Shown here: piece by piece, positions 1 through 12,274 of the stretch
How the letters are laid out: every line of letters starts with the position of its first letter
Position numbering within the stretch: position 1 is the stretch's first letter
Origin: Deltaproteobacteria bacterium
GTDB taxonomy: Bacteria; Myxococcota_A; UBA9160; SZUA-336
Direction of reading: 5' to 3'
NCBI GenBank assembly: GCA_016875225.1
Contig: VGRW01000005.1
Location: 2,936 to 66,935, forward strand
DNA: 64,000 bases
Notes under the pieces: model-generated
What the model was told of the DNA's origin: nothing
Seen by the model: only the letters and a program-made list of their open reading frames with translations
Databases searched by the model: none
Translations under genes and position numbers: made by a program

Positions 1-342
1 CAGCAGATCGAACTTCAGCACGCGATTGCAGGCGATGCACGGAATCGGCGTGCGCCCTGCGGCGTACTCGGAGGCGAACGGCTCGATCACGGCCTCGCGG
101 AACTCGGCCCGGTAGTTCGCGGTGTAGTGGCGGATGCCGAGTGTCCTCGCGACGGCGCGCGCGTCCTCGGCGTCGGGCAGGCCGCAACACTTCTTCGCCG
201 AGCGCGGGACGACGTCTCGCGCCGAGCCCTCGCCCAGATCCATCGTGACGCCGACGACCTCGTGCCCCGCACGCGCGAGGATCGCCGCGGCGACGGAGGA
301 GTCGACGCCGCCGCTCATCGCGACCAGCCAGCGCTGGTTCAC
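1..342 (-). CDS. mnmA: tRNA-specific 2-thiouridylase MnmA, N-terminal part (truncated by window edge)
   Basis: Reverse translation of 1..342 gives VNQRWLVAMSGGVDSSVAAAIL...CCGLPDAEDARAVARTLGIRHYTANYRAEF...PCIACNRVLKFDLL. This carries the PP-loop SGGVDS and the CxxC typical of MnmA. The GTG start at 342 overlaps the upstream gene stop (GTGA). Confidence 0.85.
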   Translation of the reverse strand, partial: MNQRWLVAMSGGVDSSVAAAILARAGHEVVGVTMDLGEGSARDVVPRSAKKCCGLPDAEDARAVARTLGIRHYTANYRAEFREAVIEPFASEYAAGRTPIPCIACNRVLKFDLL

Positions 343-1496
343 GTCGCGCTCGCCTTGCGCGCGCGCTCGACCACACGCGGCAGGACCTCGAGCACGCGCG
401 CGATGGCCGCATCGTCGATTCCCGGCCCGAGGCTGAAGCGGATCGCGCTGGTGCCGAGCTCGCGCGACGAGCCCATGGCCTGGAGCACGTGCGACGGCTC
501 GGTGGAGCCCGCGTGACAGGCGGCTCCGGTCGCGACCGCGATCCCCTCCAGATCGAGCGCCTCGACCAGCGCTTCGCCCGAGGCGCCGGGAAACGAGACG
601 TTCAGCGTGTGAGCGAGCGTCTGCGCACGCGCGCCGTTGCGCACGGCATCCGGAAGCGCCCGCTGCAGCCCCTGCCAGAGCCGCTCGCGGAGCTGCTCGT
701 GCCGCGCGTGCGCCACCTCGAGCTCGGACTGCGCGGCCGCGCAAGCCGCGCCGAAGCCGGCGATGCCCGGCACGTTCTCGGTGCCGGGCCGTCGGCCCCG
801 CTCCTGCGATCCGCCGCGCAGGAGCGGCGTGAGCTCGACTCCGGGCCGGACGTAGAGCGCACCGACGCCCTTCGGCCCGCCGAGCTTGTGCGCCGAGAAC
901 GAGGCGTAGGCCACCGGAAGCGTTTCGAGCGCGAGCGGAAGCTTGCCGAGCGCCTGGACCGCGTCGGTGTGGAACGGCACGCCGCGCGAGGCGGCGCGCG
1001 CCGCGAGCTCCGCGATCGGCTGGAGCACGCCGGTCTCGTTGTTGGCCCACATCACCGAGGCGAGCCGCGTCGTCGGCGTGAGCGCGGCCTCGAAGCGCTC
1101 CGGATCGAGCCGACCGTCTCGTTCGACCGGCAGGATCGAGACGCGGCAGCCCTCGTCCGCGAGCGCGCGCAGCTCCTCGAGCACCGCCGGGTGCTCGGTC
1201 GCACAGCTCACGAGATGGACTTCGCCGCTCGAAGCCGCGTGCGCGGCGTGCCGCAGCACGGTGTTGTTCGCCTCGGTGGCGCCGCTGGTGAAGACGATCG
1301 ATTCGGGCGGCGCTCCCAGGGCGTCGGCCACCTGCTTGCGCGCTCTCGCGATCACTGCGCGCGCCGCGGCTCCGAAGCCGTGCGCGCTCGACGGATTTCC
1401 GTGTACGTGCGCGAGCACGTCGGCGATCGCACGCTGCGCCTCGGGGCGAACCGGCGCGGTGGCGTTGTAGTCCAGGTACACATCAGCCATGCGCAA
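339..1496 (-). CDS. iscS: cysteine desulfurase (NifS/IscS family, PLP-dependent)
   Basis: 385-aa ORF with SGATEANN, FSAHKLGGPKGVGALYVR (PLP lysine) and the active-site loop ATGAACHAGSTEPSHVL. It lies immediately upstream of mnmA with a 4-nt overlap (classic IscS-MnmA pairing). Confidence 0.9.
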   Translation of the reverse strand: MRMADVYLDYNATAPVRPEAQRAIADVLAHVHGNPSSAHGFGAAARAVIARARKQVADALGAPPESIVFTSGATEANNTVLRHAAHAASSGEVHLVSCATEHPAVLEELRALADEGCRVSILPVERDGRLDPERFEAALTPTTRLASVMWANNETGVLQPIAELAARAASRGVPFHTDAVQALGKLPLALETLPVAYASFSAHKLGGPKGVGALYVRPGVELTPLLRGGSQERGRRPGTENVPGIAGFGAACAAAQSELEVAHARHEQLRERLWQGLQRALPDAVRNGARAQTLAHTLNVSFPGASGEALVEALDLEGIAVATGAACHAGSTEPSHVLQAMGSSRELGTSAIRFSLGPGIDDAAIARVLEVLPRVVERARKASAT

Positions 1497-1687
1497 GACA
1501 GACTAGCGAGTTTCGGCCCTGGGTAGCCGACCTCCGCGATTCGCACCCGATCGGGCCTCCGTCGCCAGCGCGGCCCGCGCAGCGCGGCCGGCGCGCGGGG
1601 CACGCCGCTTGCTCCACCGTTGGCCCGGCTCGCGCGCCTCGACCGGACGCCCTCCTTGCCGTACCGGTCGGCAGACGCCGATCCGAC

Positions 1688-2077
1688 TCAACTCGGACTC
1701 CTTGCTCCACAGGCCGGATCCGGCTCCACCGCGAACAGGTGGGGTCGGATCCGGTCGATCGTTTTCGGCCCGATTCCCGGCACGCGCTGCGAGAGCGCCT
1801 CGAGCGAGGCGAACGCCCCGCCGCGCTCGCGCTCGGCGACGATCGCGCTCGCGCGCATCGGGCCGATTCCCGGCACGCGCTCGAGAACCTCGGCGCTCGC
1901 CGAGTTCAGCGCGCGCGGAAGACCGAGCGCCGCCCGGGCGTCGTCGGGGAGCTCCGAGCAGGCGCAGATCGGCGCGGCTCCCACCTCCGCGAGCCGGCAG
2001 GTGCCCGCGTCGCGAACCAGCGCGAGTCGGGCGGGCGCCGCGGGAGCGCGAACGCCGAGCAGCGTCGCCCCGGCCAT
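1688..2077 (-). CDS. comEA: ComEA-like helix-hairpin-helix DNA-binding protein
   Basis: C-terminal tandem HhH: NSASAEVLERVPGIGPMRASAIVAERERGGAFASLEALSQRVPGIGPKTIDRIRPHL. ATG at 2077 chosen because the long upstream extension is Arg-rich junk. The N-terminal region is weakly hydrophobic. Confidence 0.55.
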   Translation of the reverse strand: MAGATLLGVRAPAAPARLALVRDAGTCRLAEVGAAPICACSELPDDARAALGLPRALNSASAEVLERVPGIGPMRASAIVAERERGGAFASLEALSQRVPGIGPKTIDRIRPHLFAVEPDPACGARSPS

Positions 2078-2135
2078 CAGCGCCCACAGGAGCGCGCGTG
2101 CCGGCTTCGTCTCGGCGACGCGCGGATCCAAGCGG

Positions 2136-3374
2136 CTAGCCCGCTTCGGGCTCGGGCGCGGCCGCGCCGAGCTCGAACGCGTCGTGAAGCGCCCGACAGG
2201 CGAGCTCGGTGTACTTCTCATCGATCACGACGGAGATCTTGATCTCCGAGGTGCCGATCATCTGGATGTTCACGCCGTGCTCGGAGAGCACACGGAACAT
2301 CTTGCCGGCGACTCCGGCGTGGTCCTTCATGCCCAGACCGACGACGGAGACCTTGGAGATCCCGCCGTCCGACTTCACGCCCGCGGCGCCGAGCCCGCGC
2401 GCGATCCCCTCGACCAGCGCGAGCGCGCGCTGCATGTCGCCGCGCGCGACCGTGAAGGTCATGTCGGTGTGCCCCTGGGTCGAGACGTTCTGCACGATCA
2501 TGTCGACCACGATCCCCGCGTCGGAGAGCGGCACGAAGATCTTCGCCGCGATTCCCGGCACGTCGGGAACGCCGAAGATCGTCACCTTCGCCTCGTTGCG
2601 GTTGTAGGTCACGCTCGAGACGACCAGCCGCTCGATCACTTCGCTCTCCGGAACCACCCAGGTGCCCTCCTCGTCGCTGAACGTGCTGCGCACGTGGATC
2701 GGCACGCGGTACTTCATGCCGATCTTCGCCGAGCGCACGGCGAGCACCTTCGCGCCCAGGCTCGCCATCTCCAGGATCTCGTCGTAGGAGACGCGCGGAA
2801 GCTTGCGCGCGTTGGGAACGATGCGCGGATCGCTCGTGAACACGCCCGTTACGTCGGTGAAGATCTCGCACACGTCCGCGCGAAGCGCCGCCGCGAGCGC
2901 GACCGCGGTCGTGTCGGAGGCGCCGCGGCCCAGCGTCGTGATCTCGCCCTCGTCGGTCACGCCCTGGAAGCCGGGCAGGACCGGCACGCCGCCGCGCGCG
3001 AGCTCCTCGCGGATCCGCTCGGTGTCGATGCGCAGGATGCGCGCGCGCGCGTGGTCGTCGTCGGTCTGGACCTTCACCTGCGCGCTCGTGAAGCTCCGCG
3101 AGGGCACGCCGAGGCCCTGGATCGCCATCGCCGTGAGCGCGATCGTCTGCTGCTCGCCGGTCGAGACGAGCATGTCGTACTCGCGCGGATCGGGAGCAGG
3201 CGAGATCTCGCTTGCGTACGCGACGAGCTGATCGGTGACGCCGGCCATCGCCGAGACGACCACCACGACGTCGTTACCCTGCTTGCGCGTCTCGACCACG
3301 CGCCGCGCCACGTTGCGGATGCGCTCGACCCCCGCGACCGAGGTGCCGCCGAACTTCTGGACGATCAACGCCAT
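2136..3374 (-). CDS. lysC: aspartate kinase
   Basis: [13 protein letters not shown]..., [16 protein letters not shown]-terminal ACT domains. ATG at 3374 chosen over the junk extension to 3518. Confidence 0.92.
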   Translation of the reverse strand: MALIVQKFGGTSVAGVERIRNVARRVVETRKQGNDVVVVVSAMAGVTDQLVAYASEISPAPDPREYDMLVSTGEQQTIALTAMAIQGLGVPSRSFTSAQVKVQTDDDHARARILRIDTERIREELARGGVPVLPGFQGVTDEGEITTLGRGASDTTAVALAAALRADVCEIFTDVTGVFTSDPRIVPNARKLPRVSYDEILEMASLGAKVLAVRSAKIGMKYRVPIHVRSTFSDEEGTWVVPESEVIERLVVSSVTYNRNEAKVTIFGVPDVPGIAAKIFVPLSDAGIVVDMIVQNVSTQGHTDMTFTVARGDMQRALALVEGIARGLGAAGVKSDGGISKVSVVGLGMKDHAGVAGKMFRVLSEHGVNIQMIGTSEIKISVVIDEKYTELACRALHDAFELGAAAPEPEAG

Positions 3375-3847
3375 CGCGCTTGCAGTTCCTCTTGGATCTT
3401 TGCCGCCCGCTCGCCCCGCGCTCGGATCCGGATCTGGCGCTCCTCTGCGCCTGGCCCCGGGTCGATTCGGATCTCGAGCCGGTCGCCGGGAAGCGCCTCC
3501 GGAAAGCGCTCGGGCCACTCGACGACCAGAACGCCGCTCTGGTCGCAGAGGTCGTCGAATCCGGCGTCGAGCAGGCGAGCGTAGCTTTCTACCCGATAGA
3601 AATCCGCGTGTCGAAGCCAGACTCGGGCCGGATACTCGGCCACGATTCCGAACGTCGGGCTCGTCACCACCACGCTAGGGTCGACGCCGAGCCCCTCGGC
3701 CAGCCCCTGCACCAGGCAGGTCTTGCCCGCGCCGAGCGGGCCCGTGAGCGCAACGACGTCGCCCGCGCGGAGCTGCTCGCCGAGGATCCGGCCCAGCCGC
3801 CGGGTCTGCTCCGGGCTACGGGAAGGAACGCAGAGTTCCCGGCTCAT
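3365..3847 (-). CDS. tsaE: tRNA threonylcarbamoyladenosine biosynthesis ATPase TsaE (YjeE)
   Basis: 160 aa with Walker [20 protein letters not shown]. Typical size and position next to nnr/acpS. Confidence 0.85.
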   Translation of the reverse strand: MSRELCVPSRSPEQTRRLGRILGEQLRAGDVVALTGPLGAGKTCLVQGLAEGLGVDPSVVVTSPTFGIVAEYPARVWLRHADFYRVESYARLLDAGFDDLCDQSGVLVVEWPERFPEALPGDRLEIRIDPGPGAEERQIRIRARGERAAKIQEELQARWR

Positions 3848-5420
3848 CGGGTCTCGCCTCGCGAACTAGAAGCGCCTGGCGTGCGCTCGGGATGCGACTC
3901 GCGAGCTCCGAGGCCAGCCCGCCCGAATCCGGACCGAGATCGCCGGCCAGCCCGTGCAGATAGGTCCCGATTCGCGCCGTGTCCCAGGCGCCGAGCCGCT
4001 GGGCCAGCAGCGCGCCGAGCAGCCCCGCGAGCACGTCACCCGATCCGCCGGCCGCAAGTCCCGGCCCACCGGTCGGGTTCACGCAGATCTCGCCGCCGGG
4101 AGCTGCGATCACGCTTCGCGCTCCCTTCAGCACCGTGATCGCGCCGCTCCGCGCGGCGATCGCGCGCGCGGCAGCCGGGCGATCGGAGCCGATCGCATCG
4201 ATCGAGGTGCCCAGCAGGCGAGCGGCCTCGCCGGGGTGCGGCGTCAGGATCCGCGGCGCCGTCGAGCGCAGGCGCTCGGGCTCGGCGGTGAAGGCGTTCA
4301 GCCCGTCGGCGTCGACGACGGCGGGCACGTTCGTTCGGGCGAGCAGCTCGCGCGCGAGCGCCGCGGAGCTCGCGTCCGTGCCCAGGCCGGGGCCGAGCAC
4401 GAGCGCGTCGCGGCTCGCGAGCTCGCGCACCAGTGCGTCGACATGCGCGGCGCCGAGCAGACCTGTCGGGTCTCCACCGGTCGAATCATCGAGCACGACG
4501 CACATCGCCTCGGCGAGTCGGCTGGCGTAGATCGAGAGCAGCGAGCGCGGCGAGGCGAGGCTCACGAGCCCCGCGCCGCCGCGCAGCGCGCCCTGCGCCG
4601 CGAGCAGGACGGCGCCGGTCTTGCCGGGAGAGCCGCCGACGACCAGCACGTGCCCGAAGCTTCCCTTGTGGCCCGCGAGCGGCCGGGCGGGCAGCAGCGC
4701 TCGCGCGGCCTCGCTCGAGAGCACGTGCGCGTGGACGTTCGCGCGCTCGACCGACTCGGCGGGCAGACCGATCTCCGCGACCAGAATTCGCGCGCGGGTC
4801 GGCAGCAGCGCGAGGCCGAGCTTCGCGTGCCCGAAGCTCACGATCAGATCCGCGTCGAGCGCGAGCCCGAGCGGCCGACCGGTCTCGCTCGAAAGGCCCG
4901 ACGGCAGGTCCACCGCGACGCAGGGCAAGCCGCTCGCGGCGAGCGCTCGCATGACCTCCGCGGTCCGGCCCTCCACCGGGCGGGTGAGCCCGGTCCCGAA
5001 GATGGCGTCGACGACGAGGTCGCAGGCCCCGAGCAGCTCCGAGAGCGCGCGCGGGCCGTCGGCAGGCTCGACCCGTACACCCGAGCTCTCGAGACGCTCG
5101 CGATTGCGCTTGGCCTCGGGGCTCTGCGAGCGGCTTCCGGCGAGATCGAGAACGACCGGAGCCACGCCGCGCCGCCGACCGGCCAGCACGCGCGCGGCGA
5201 CGTAGCCGTCTCCGCCGTTGTTGCCGCCGCCACAGACGACCAGCGGACTGCGCGCGTCGGGGAAGTGCCGAGCGATCGCCTCGGCGACCGCTCGGCCGGC
5301 CGTCTCCATCAGGTCTCCGGCGGGGATCCCCAGGCGCTCGATCGCGTCGCGCTCGATCGCGCGCATCTCCGCGCCCGTCGGGCACGGCCAGCTCCGCGCT
5401 CGCGGCGCCGCCGCGCTCAC
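3816..5420 (-). CDS. nnr: bifunctional NAD(P)H-hydrate repair enzyme Nnr (YjeF-N epimerase + carbohydrate-kinase-like dehydratase)
   Basis: N-terminal LVVCGGGNNGGDGYVAARVL and C-terminal GHKGSFGHVLVVGGSPGKTGAVLLAAQGALRGGAGLV. The start is uncertain: GTG at 5420 abuts acpS, an ATG at 5366 is the alternative. Confidence 0.85.
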   Translation of the reverse strand: MSAAAPRARSWPCPTGAEMRAIERDAIERLGIPAGDLMETAGRAVAEAIARHFPDARSPLVVCGGGNNGGDGYVAARVLAGRRRGVAPVVLDLAGSRSQSPEAKRNRERLESSGVRVEPADGPRALSELLGACDLVVDAIFGTGLTRPVEGRTAEVMRALAASGLPCVAVDLPSGLSSETGRPLGLALDADLIVSFGHAKLGLALLPTRARILVAEIGLPAESVERANVHAHVLSSEAARALLPARPLAGHKGSFGHVLVVGGSPGKTGAVLLAAQGALRGGAGLVSLASPRSLLSIYASRLAEAMCVVLDDSTGGDPTGLLGAAHVDALVRELASRDALVLGPGLGTDASSAALARELLARTNVPAVVDADGLNAFTAEPERLRSTAPRILTPHPGEAARLLGTSIDAIGSDRPAAARAIAARSGAITVLKGARSVIAAPGGEICVNPTGGPGLAAGGSGDVLAGLLGALLAQRLGAWDTARIGTYLHGLAGDLGPDSGGLASELASRIPSARQALLVREARPDEPGTLRSFP

Positions 5421-5794
5421 GCTTCCGCCTCGACCCAGACGCTGGCCAGCGCGAAGTCTGCGTCGTGCGTGATCGTGACGAAGAGCTCGAGCGCCGCTCC
5501 CGCGAGCGGATCCCGCAGCCGAAGCCGCGGCTCGCCGCTTCGCCGCCGCGTGACCTCGAGCCCGCCGAGCGGGAGCGCCCGGCCGAGCACGCCGCGCAGG
5601 GCTGCGCGTCCGGCGCACTTCGCGGCGAAGCGCGCGGCGAGGTTCTGCTCGCCCGATCTCTTGCGCCGCGCGTACTCGAGCTCGGCGGGGCTGAACAGGC
5701 GCGCGAGCATGCGCTCGCCCCGCCGCTCGAGCGCGGCGCGGAAGCGCGGGACCTCGACCAGAGCCAGCCCGACGCCCCTAAGCGTGTCCGACAA
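5417..5794 (-). CDS. acpS: holo-[acyl-carrier-protein] synthase
   Basis: 125 aa: GVGLALVEVPRF..., FAAKCAGRAALRGVLG, TITHDADFALASVWVE. Follows pdxJ as in many bacteria. Confidence 0.85.
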   Translation of the reverse strand: MSDTLRGVGLALVEVPRFRAALERRGERMLARLFSPAELEYARRKRSGEQNLAARFAAKCAGRAALRGVLGRALPLGGLEVTRRRSGEPRLRLRDPLAGAALELFVTITHDADFALASVWVEAEA

Positions 5795-6497
5795 TCTGCT
5801 TCATCTCGCGCACGGCCCGCTCCATGCCGACGTAGATCGCGCGCGACACGATCGCGTGTCCGATCGAGAACTCGTCGATCAGGTCGTTCTCCGCGAGCTT
5901 GCCGACGTTTCCGTAGTCGATCCCGTGCCCGACGCCGATCTCGAGCTTGAGCTTCGCGGCGAGCCGGACCGCGTCCTCGATCCGCCGCAGCACCTCGTCG
6001 TGGTCCGGACCGCGCTCGCCGTAGCGTCCGGCGTGGAGCTCGACCGCGCGCGCCCCGACGCGATGCGCGGCCTTCACCTGCTCGAGATCGGGGTCGATGC
6101 AGAGTCCGGCCCGGATGCCCGACTCGTGCAGCGCGCGGGCGATCTCGCCGATCTCGCCGATGCGGCTCTGGACGTCGAGACCGCCCGCGCTGGCGAGCTC
6201 CTCGGGCCGTTCCGGCACGAGCGTCACCGAATCCGGGCGCACGTCGAGCGCAAGCTTCAACATCTCCTGCGTGGCCGCCATCTCCAGGCAGAGGCGGCCG
6301 TGGATCGTCTGACGCAGCACGCGCAGATCGCGATCCTGGACGTGGCGGCGGTCCTCGCGGAGATGGACGGCGATGCCGTCGGCGCCGGCGAGCACGGCGA
6401 GCGTCGCGGCCGTGACCGGATCCGGCTCCACGCCCGATCGGGTCTGCCGCACGGTGGCGACGTGATCGAGATTCACCACGAGCCGCCGCTCCGTCAT
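5778..6497 (-). CDS. pdxJ: pyridoxine 5'-phosphate synthase
   Basis: 239 aa: LVVNLDHVATVRQTRSGVEPDP, DGIAVHLREDRRHVQDRD, EIGVGHGIDYGNV. Confidence 0.92.
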   Translation of the reverse strand: MTERRLVVNLDHVATVRQTRSGVEPDPVTAATLAVLAGADGIAVHLREDRRHVQDRDLRVLRQTIHGRLCLEMAATQEMLKLALDVRPDSVTLVPERPEELASAGGLDVQSRIGEIGEIARALHESGIRAGLCIDPDLEQVKAAHRVGARAVELHAGRYGERGPDHDEVLRRIEDAVRLAAKLKLEIGVGHGIDYGNVGKLAENDLIDEFSIGHAIVSRAIYVGMERAVREMKQIVGHA

Positions 6498-7874
6498 CTA
6501 GCTGTTCTCCCCGATCTCGCGCTCGATCAGCGCGCAGAGCTCCAATGCCATCGTCTCGATCTCGACGCGGTCGTCACCCTCGAGCATCACGCGCGCGACC
6601 GGCTCCGTGCCGGAATAACGAACCAGCAGCCGCCCGCGACCCGCGAGCTTGCGCTCGACGCGCGCGAGCGCGGTCGAAAGCGCGGGCAGGGACTCGAGCT
6701 CCGGCTTGCTGCGCACGCGCACGGCGTGCAGCACCTGCGGCGTGCGCTCCATGACGCGAGCCAGCTCCGAGAGCGGCCGATCCTCGCGGCGCATCAGCCC
6801 CAGCACCTGAAGCGCCGTGAGCATTCCGTCTCCGGTGGTGTTCTGGTCCAGGAACACGACGTGACCGGACTGCTCGCCGCCCAGGTTGATCTTCTCGCGA
6901 AGCATCGCCTCGACGACGTAGCGATCGCCGACGTCGGCCCGCACCAGCGCCAGGCCCATTCCCGCGAGCGCCCGCTCGAGCCCGAGGTTGCTCATCACCG
7001 TTCCGACGACCGCGTCCCGCGAGAGCGCCTGGCGTCGCTTCATGTCGAGCGCGCACATGGCGAGCACCTGCTCGCCGTCCACGATCTCGCCGCGCTCGTC
7101 CACCAGCACCACGCGATCGGCGTCTCCGTCCACGGCGATCCCGACGTCCGCGCGCGACTGGCGCGCGACCGCGGCCACGTGCTCCGGGTGCATCGCGCCG
7201 CAGCCGGCGTTGATGTTGGTTCCGTCCGGCTGCCGGCCGACCGCCACGACCTCGGCGCCGAGCTCCTCGAGCACGGTGGGCGCGACCTTGTAGGCGGCGC
7301 CGTTCGCGCAGTCGATCGCGACTCTGAGCCCCTCGAGCGTGTGCTGGCGCGGGAAGGTCTTCTTCAGGAAGACGATGTAGCGGCCGGAGGCGTCGTCGAT
7401 CCGGCGCGCGCTGCCGATCTCCGCGCCGAGCGCGCGGTGCGCGTCGAGCTCGGGCGCGCCCATCAGCTCCTCGATCCGGGCCTCGGCATCGTCGGGAAGC
7501 TTGAAGCCGTCGCGCGAGAAGAACTTGACGCCGTTGTCCTCGAAGGGGTTGTGCGAGGCCGTGATCATCGCGCCCGCGTCGCAGCGCATGTCGACGGTCA
7601 GGAAGGCGAGCCCGGGCGTCGGAATCGGCCCGACCTGCAGCACGTTCACGCCCATCGAGCACAGCCCCGCGGCGAGCGCGTCCTCGAGCATGTAGCCGGA
7701 GCGGCGCGTGTCCTTGCCGATCAGAACGCGCGGCGCGCGTCCGCCGGTCGGGCCGAGCCGGAACACCAGCGCCAGCGCCCTCCCGAGCTGCAGCATGACC
7801 TCCCCGGTCATCGGGTGGACGTTCGCGCGACCGCGAATCCCGTCCGTTCCGAAGAGCTTTCGCGAAGCCGCCAT
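6498..7874 (-). CDS. glmM: phosphoglucosamine mutase
   Basis: 458 aa: FGTDGIRGRAN, active-site TASHNPFEDNGVKFF, GDGDADR. Confidence 0.95.
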   Translation of the reverse strand: MAASRKLFGTDGIRGRANVHPMTGEVMLQLGRALALVFRLGPTGGRAPRVLIGKDTRRSGYMLEDALAAGLCSMGVNVLQVGPIPTPGLAFLTVDMRCDAGAMITASHNPFEDNGVKFFSRDGFKLPDDAEARIEELMGAPELDAHRALGAEIGSARRIDDASGRYIVFLKKTFPRQHTLEGLRVAIDCANGAAYKVAPTVLEELGAEVVAVGRQPDGTNINAGCGAMHPEHVAAVARQSRADVGIAVDGDADRVVLVDERGEIVDGEQVLAMCALDMKRRQALSRDAVVGTVMSNLGLERALAGMGLALVRADVGDRYVVEAMLREKINLGGEQSGHVVFLDQNTTGDGMLTALQVLGLMRREDRPLSELARVMERTPQVLHAVRVRSKPELESLPALSTALARVERKLAGRGRLLVRYSGTEPVARVMLEGDDRVEIETMALELCALIEREIGENS

Positions 7875-7889
7875 TCGAGTCCTCCCGCT

Positions 7890-8555
7890 TCAGCCGCCCT
7901 CGATCGGGTCGGGCGACGGCTCGATCTCGAGCTTGATACGGATCGGCGTGGCGCTCCTATCCTTGCGCCAGACGTGCGGGGTGCCGAGCAGCACCGGGCT
8001 CTCGAGCGTCGCGGACTCGCGCAGGCCCGACAGGTCGATGCGATCGGTGACGACCTCGCGCAGGTTGCGGATCGCGCTCCTGGCGCCCGCGATCGCGAGG
8101 TCCTTGGGCTCGATGGCGACGCGCTTCAGCTTGAAGCCTGGCGGAGGCTCGCCAACGAGGTCGGCGCGGACGGGCACCAGCTTCGAGCCCACCGGCTCGA
8201 GCGCGTAGACCAGCGTCGACGGCGAGCTCGCGACGATGCGCGCGCCGCGCGGCAGCGCGATCTGCTCCTTGTTGACTGCCAGGCGCGCCTCGCCCGCCTT
8301 CGCGCCGTCGAACGACACCGAGTAGTGCGGCGCGTTCTTCGCCACCTGTCGCAGCGCCGCGCGGCTTCCCATCACACGCAGGTTGATCTCGTGCGCCGAT
8401 TCCTCGACGACCACCAGCTCCTCCGGGACGCCCTCGACCTGGATCGGAATGTCGAAGCTCTGCTCTGCGTCGGTGACGCCCTGGGCGGAGGCCCAGAGGA
8501 CGCATGCGATCAGGAGCGCCACGATCTTGTAGAGCAGATGGTCGAAGATCCACAT
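7890..8555 (-). CDS. cdaR: CdaR (YbbR-domain regulator of the c-di-AMP cyclase)
   Basis: N-terminal TM helix followed by YbbR-like repeats. It sits between cdaA and glmM, the conserved cdaA-cdaR-glmM arrangement. Confidence 0.8.
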   Translation of the reverse strand: MWIFDHLLYKIVALLIACVLWASAQGVTDAEQSFDIPIQVEGVPEELVVVEESAHEINLRVMGSRAALRQVAKNAPHYSVSFDGAKAGEARLAVNKEQIALPRGARIVASSPSTLVYALEPVGSKLVPVRADLVGEPPPGFKLKRVAIEPKDLAIAGARSAIRNLREVVTDRIDLSGLRESATLESPVLLGTPHVWRKDRSATPIRIKLEIEPSPDPIEGG

Positions 8556-8563
8556 CGCGACCC

Positions 8564-9415
8564 TCAGGTCTCCAGAGCGCGCGCCGGATCGGCGACCACG
8601 TCCTTCTCGGGCGGCGTCTCGACGCTCGGCTCGCCACCCGTGAGCTCGAGCAGCGCCTGGCGCAAGCGCGGCCCGTCCAGGTCGGCGCGGATCTCTCCGC
8701 CGGCGACCAGCGCGATCCTCCCGGACTCCTCCGATACGACCACGACGAGCGCGTCGGTCTCCTCGGTGAGCCCGACCGCCGCACGGTGGCGCGTGCCGAA
8801 CGCGCTCGGGAGGTCACCGCGCGTCGCGAGCGGCAGGATGCAGCCCGCGGAGAAGACGCGGCCCCGGCGCACCACGACCGCGCCGTCGTGGAGCGGGGAG
8901 TACGGCAGGAAGAGCGAGATCAGCAGGTCGCGCGAGAGCTCGGCGTCCAGCACCGTCCCGTCCTCGACGAACTCGTCGGTCTGCAGCTCGCGCTCGATCG
9001 CGATCAGCGCCCCGACGCGGCGCTGCGCGAGCGCCTGACAGGCGCGCACGATCTCCTCGATCGCGTGGGCCTGGTGCATTCGCGCCGGCGCGAACAGCCC
9101 GCGACCGACGCGCGTCAGCGCGCGGCGCACGTCCGCCTGGAAGATCACGATCAGGATCAGCAGGCCCGAGGACAGGAAGTTGTCGAGCAGGAACGAGACG
9201 GTGGCGAGCTCCAGCAGGTCCGAGAGCCGCCAGGCGAGGACCAGCACCAGCAGGCCGAGCGCCATCTGCGCGGCGCGCGTGCCCTTGATGCGCATCAGCA
9301 GCCAGTACACGCACCACGCGACCACGAGGATGTCGAGCGAATCGCGCAGCGGCTGGAAGTTCTCGGCAAAGCTCTCCCAGCGCTCGAGCAGCCAGGTGTA
9401 GACGAGCCAGGTCAA
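8564..9415 (-). CDS. cdaA: diadenylate cyclase CdaA (DisA_N/DAC domain, membrane-anchored)
   Basis: Three N-terminal TM helices, then DAC motifs HDGAVVV, GTRHRAAVGLTEETDALVVVVSEESGRIAL. 4-nt overlap with folP. Confidence 0.9.
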   Translation of the reverse strand: MTWLVYTWLLERWESFAENFQPLRDSLDILVVAWCVYWLLMRIKGTRAAQMALGLLVLVLAWRLSDLLELATVSFLLDNFLSSGLLILIVIFQADVRRALTRVGRGLFAPARMHQAHAIEEIVRACQALAQRRVGALIAIERELQTDEFVEDGTVLDAELSRDLLISLFLPYSPLHDGAVVVRRGRVFSAGCILPLATRGDLPSAFGTRHRAAVGLTEETDALVVVVSEESGRIALVAGGEIRADLDGPRLRQALLELTGGEPSVETPPEKDVVADPARALET

Positions 9416-10272
9416 TTGCGCTCCGGCGCGCGGGCGGCGCGGATCGCGCTCGCCACGTCGACGGCCTGTCGCGTCTCGGCCACGTCGTGGGCCCGCACGG
9501 CGCGCGCGCCGGCGAGCACCGCCGCCACGGCCGCGGCCAGCGACCCGTGCAGACGCCGCGACACGGGCGCCCCGGTGAGCGCGCCGATGAACTGCTTTCG
9601 CGAGGCGCCGACCAGAATCGGGTAGCCGGTGGCGACGATCTCGTCCAAGCGGCCGAGCAGCGGCAGGTTGTGTCGCAGCGGGTGCTTGCCGAAGCCGAGG
9701 CCGGGGTCGAGCCAGATGCGCTCACGCGCGACGCCGGCGCGCTGCGCCAGCGAAGCCTCCGCGAGCAGCTCGTCGCGCACCTCGCGGACCACGTCCCCGT
9801 ACACGGGATCGTGTTGCATGCTCGCGGGCTCGCCGCGAATGTGGTTCAGCACCAGGGTGGCGCCGTGCTCCGCGCAGACCGCGGCCAGCTCGGCATCGCG
9901 CAGCCCCACCACCGCATTCACGATCCGAGCGCCGGCCGCGAGCGCCGCGGCCGCCACGGCGGCGCGTCGGGTGTCGATCGAGATCGGCGTCTCGGTGCGC
10001 TTGGCGAGCCCCTCGATCACCGGAAGCACCCGCTCGCGCTCCTCGGCCTCGGAGACGGGCCGGGAGCCCGGCCGCGTCGACTCGCCGCCGACGTCGAGCC
10101 AATCCGCGCCCTCCGCGACGAGCGCAAGCCCGTGCTCGATTGCGGCCTCGGCGCAGGGAAACCGCCCACCGTCCGAGAACGAATCGGGCGTCACGTTCAC
10201 GATCCCCATCACGAGCACGCGCGGGGAAGCGCTCGGCGCGCCGGAGGGCGTTTCCGGCCGCGGCTCCTGCAT
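9412..10272 (-). CDS. folP: dihydropteroate synthase
   Basis: VLVMGIVNVTPDSFSDGG, DVGGESTRPG, LVGASRKQFIG. ATG at 10272 sits 4 nt after the ftsH stop. The annotated ORF start at 10389 would overlap ftsH. Confidence 0.9.
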   Translation of the reverse strand: MQEPRPETPSGAPSASPRVLVMGIVNVTPDSFSDGGRFPCAEAAIEHGLALVAEGADWLDVGGESTRPGSRPVSEAEERERVLPVIEGLAKRTETPISIDTRRAAVAAAALAAGARIVNAVVGLRDAELAAVCAEHGATLVLNHIRGEPASMQHDPVYGDVVREVRDELLAEASLAQRAGVARERIWLDPGLGFGKHPLRHNLPLLGRLDEIVATGYPILVGASRKQFIGALTGAPVSRRLHGSLAAAVAAVLAGARAVRAHDVAETRQAVDVASAIRAARAPERN

Positions 10273-10276
10273 GCGC

Positions 10277-12244
<1,968 letters not shown>

Positions 12245-12274
12245 ACGCTCGGATTCTCTTGCAATCTAGCAACT

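Noticed and set aside
1620-3584. 654-aa plus-strand ORF
   Set aside because: Antisense to lysC and tsaE, Arg/His/Asp-rich junk translation. The minus-strand genes carry canonical motifs.
3954-9038. 1694-aa ORF on the plus strand spanning seven genes
   Set aside because: It lies exactly antisense to nnr, acpS, pdxJ, glmM, cdaR and cdaA, which all have clear motifs. The translation is Arg/Ala/Gly/Asp low-complexity with no motifs. It is the expected stop-codon-poor antisense frame of 70% GC DNA.
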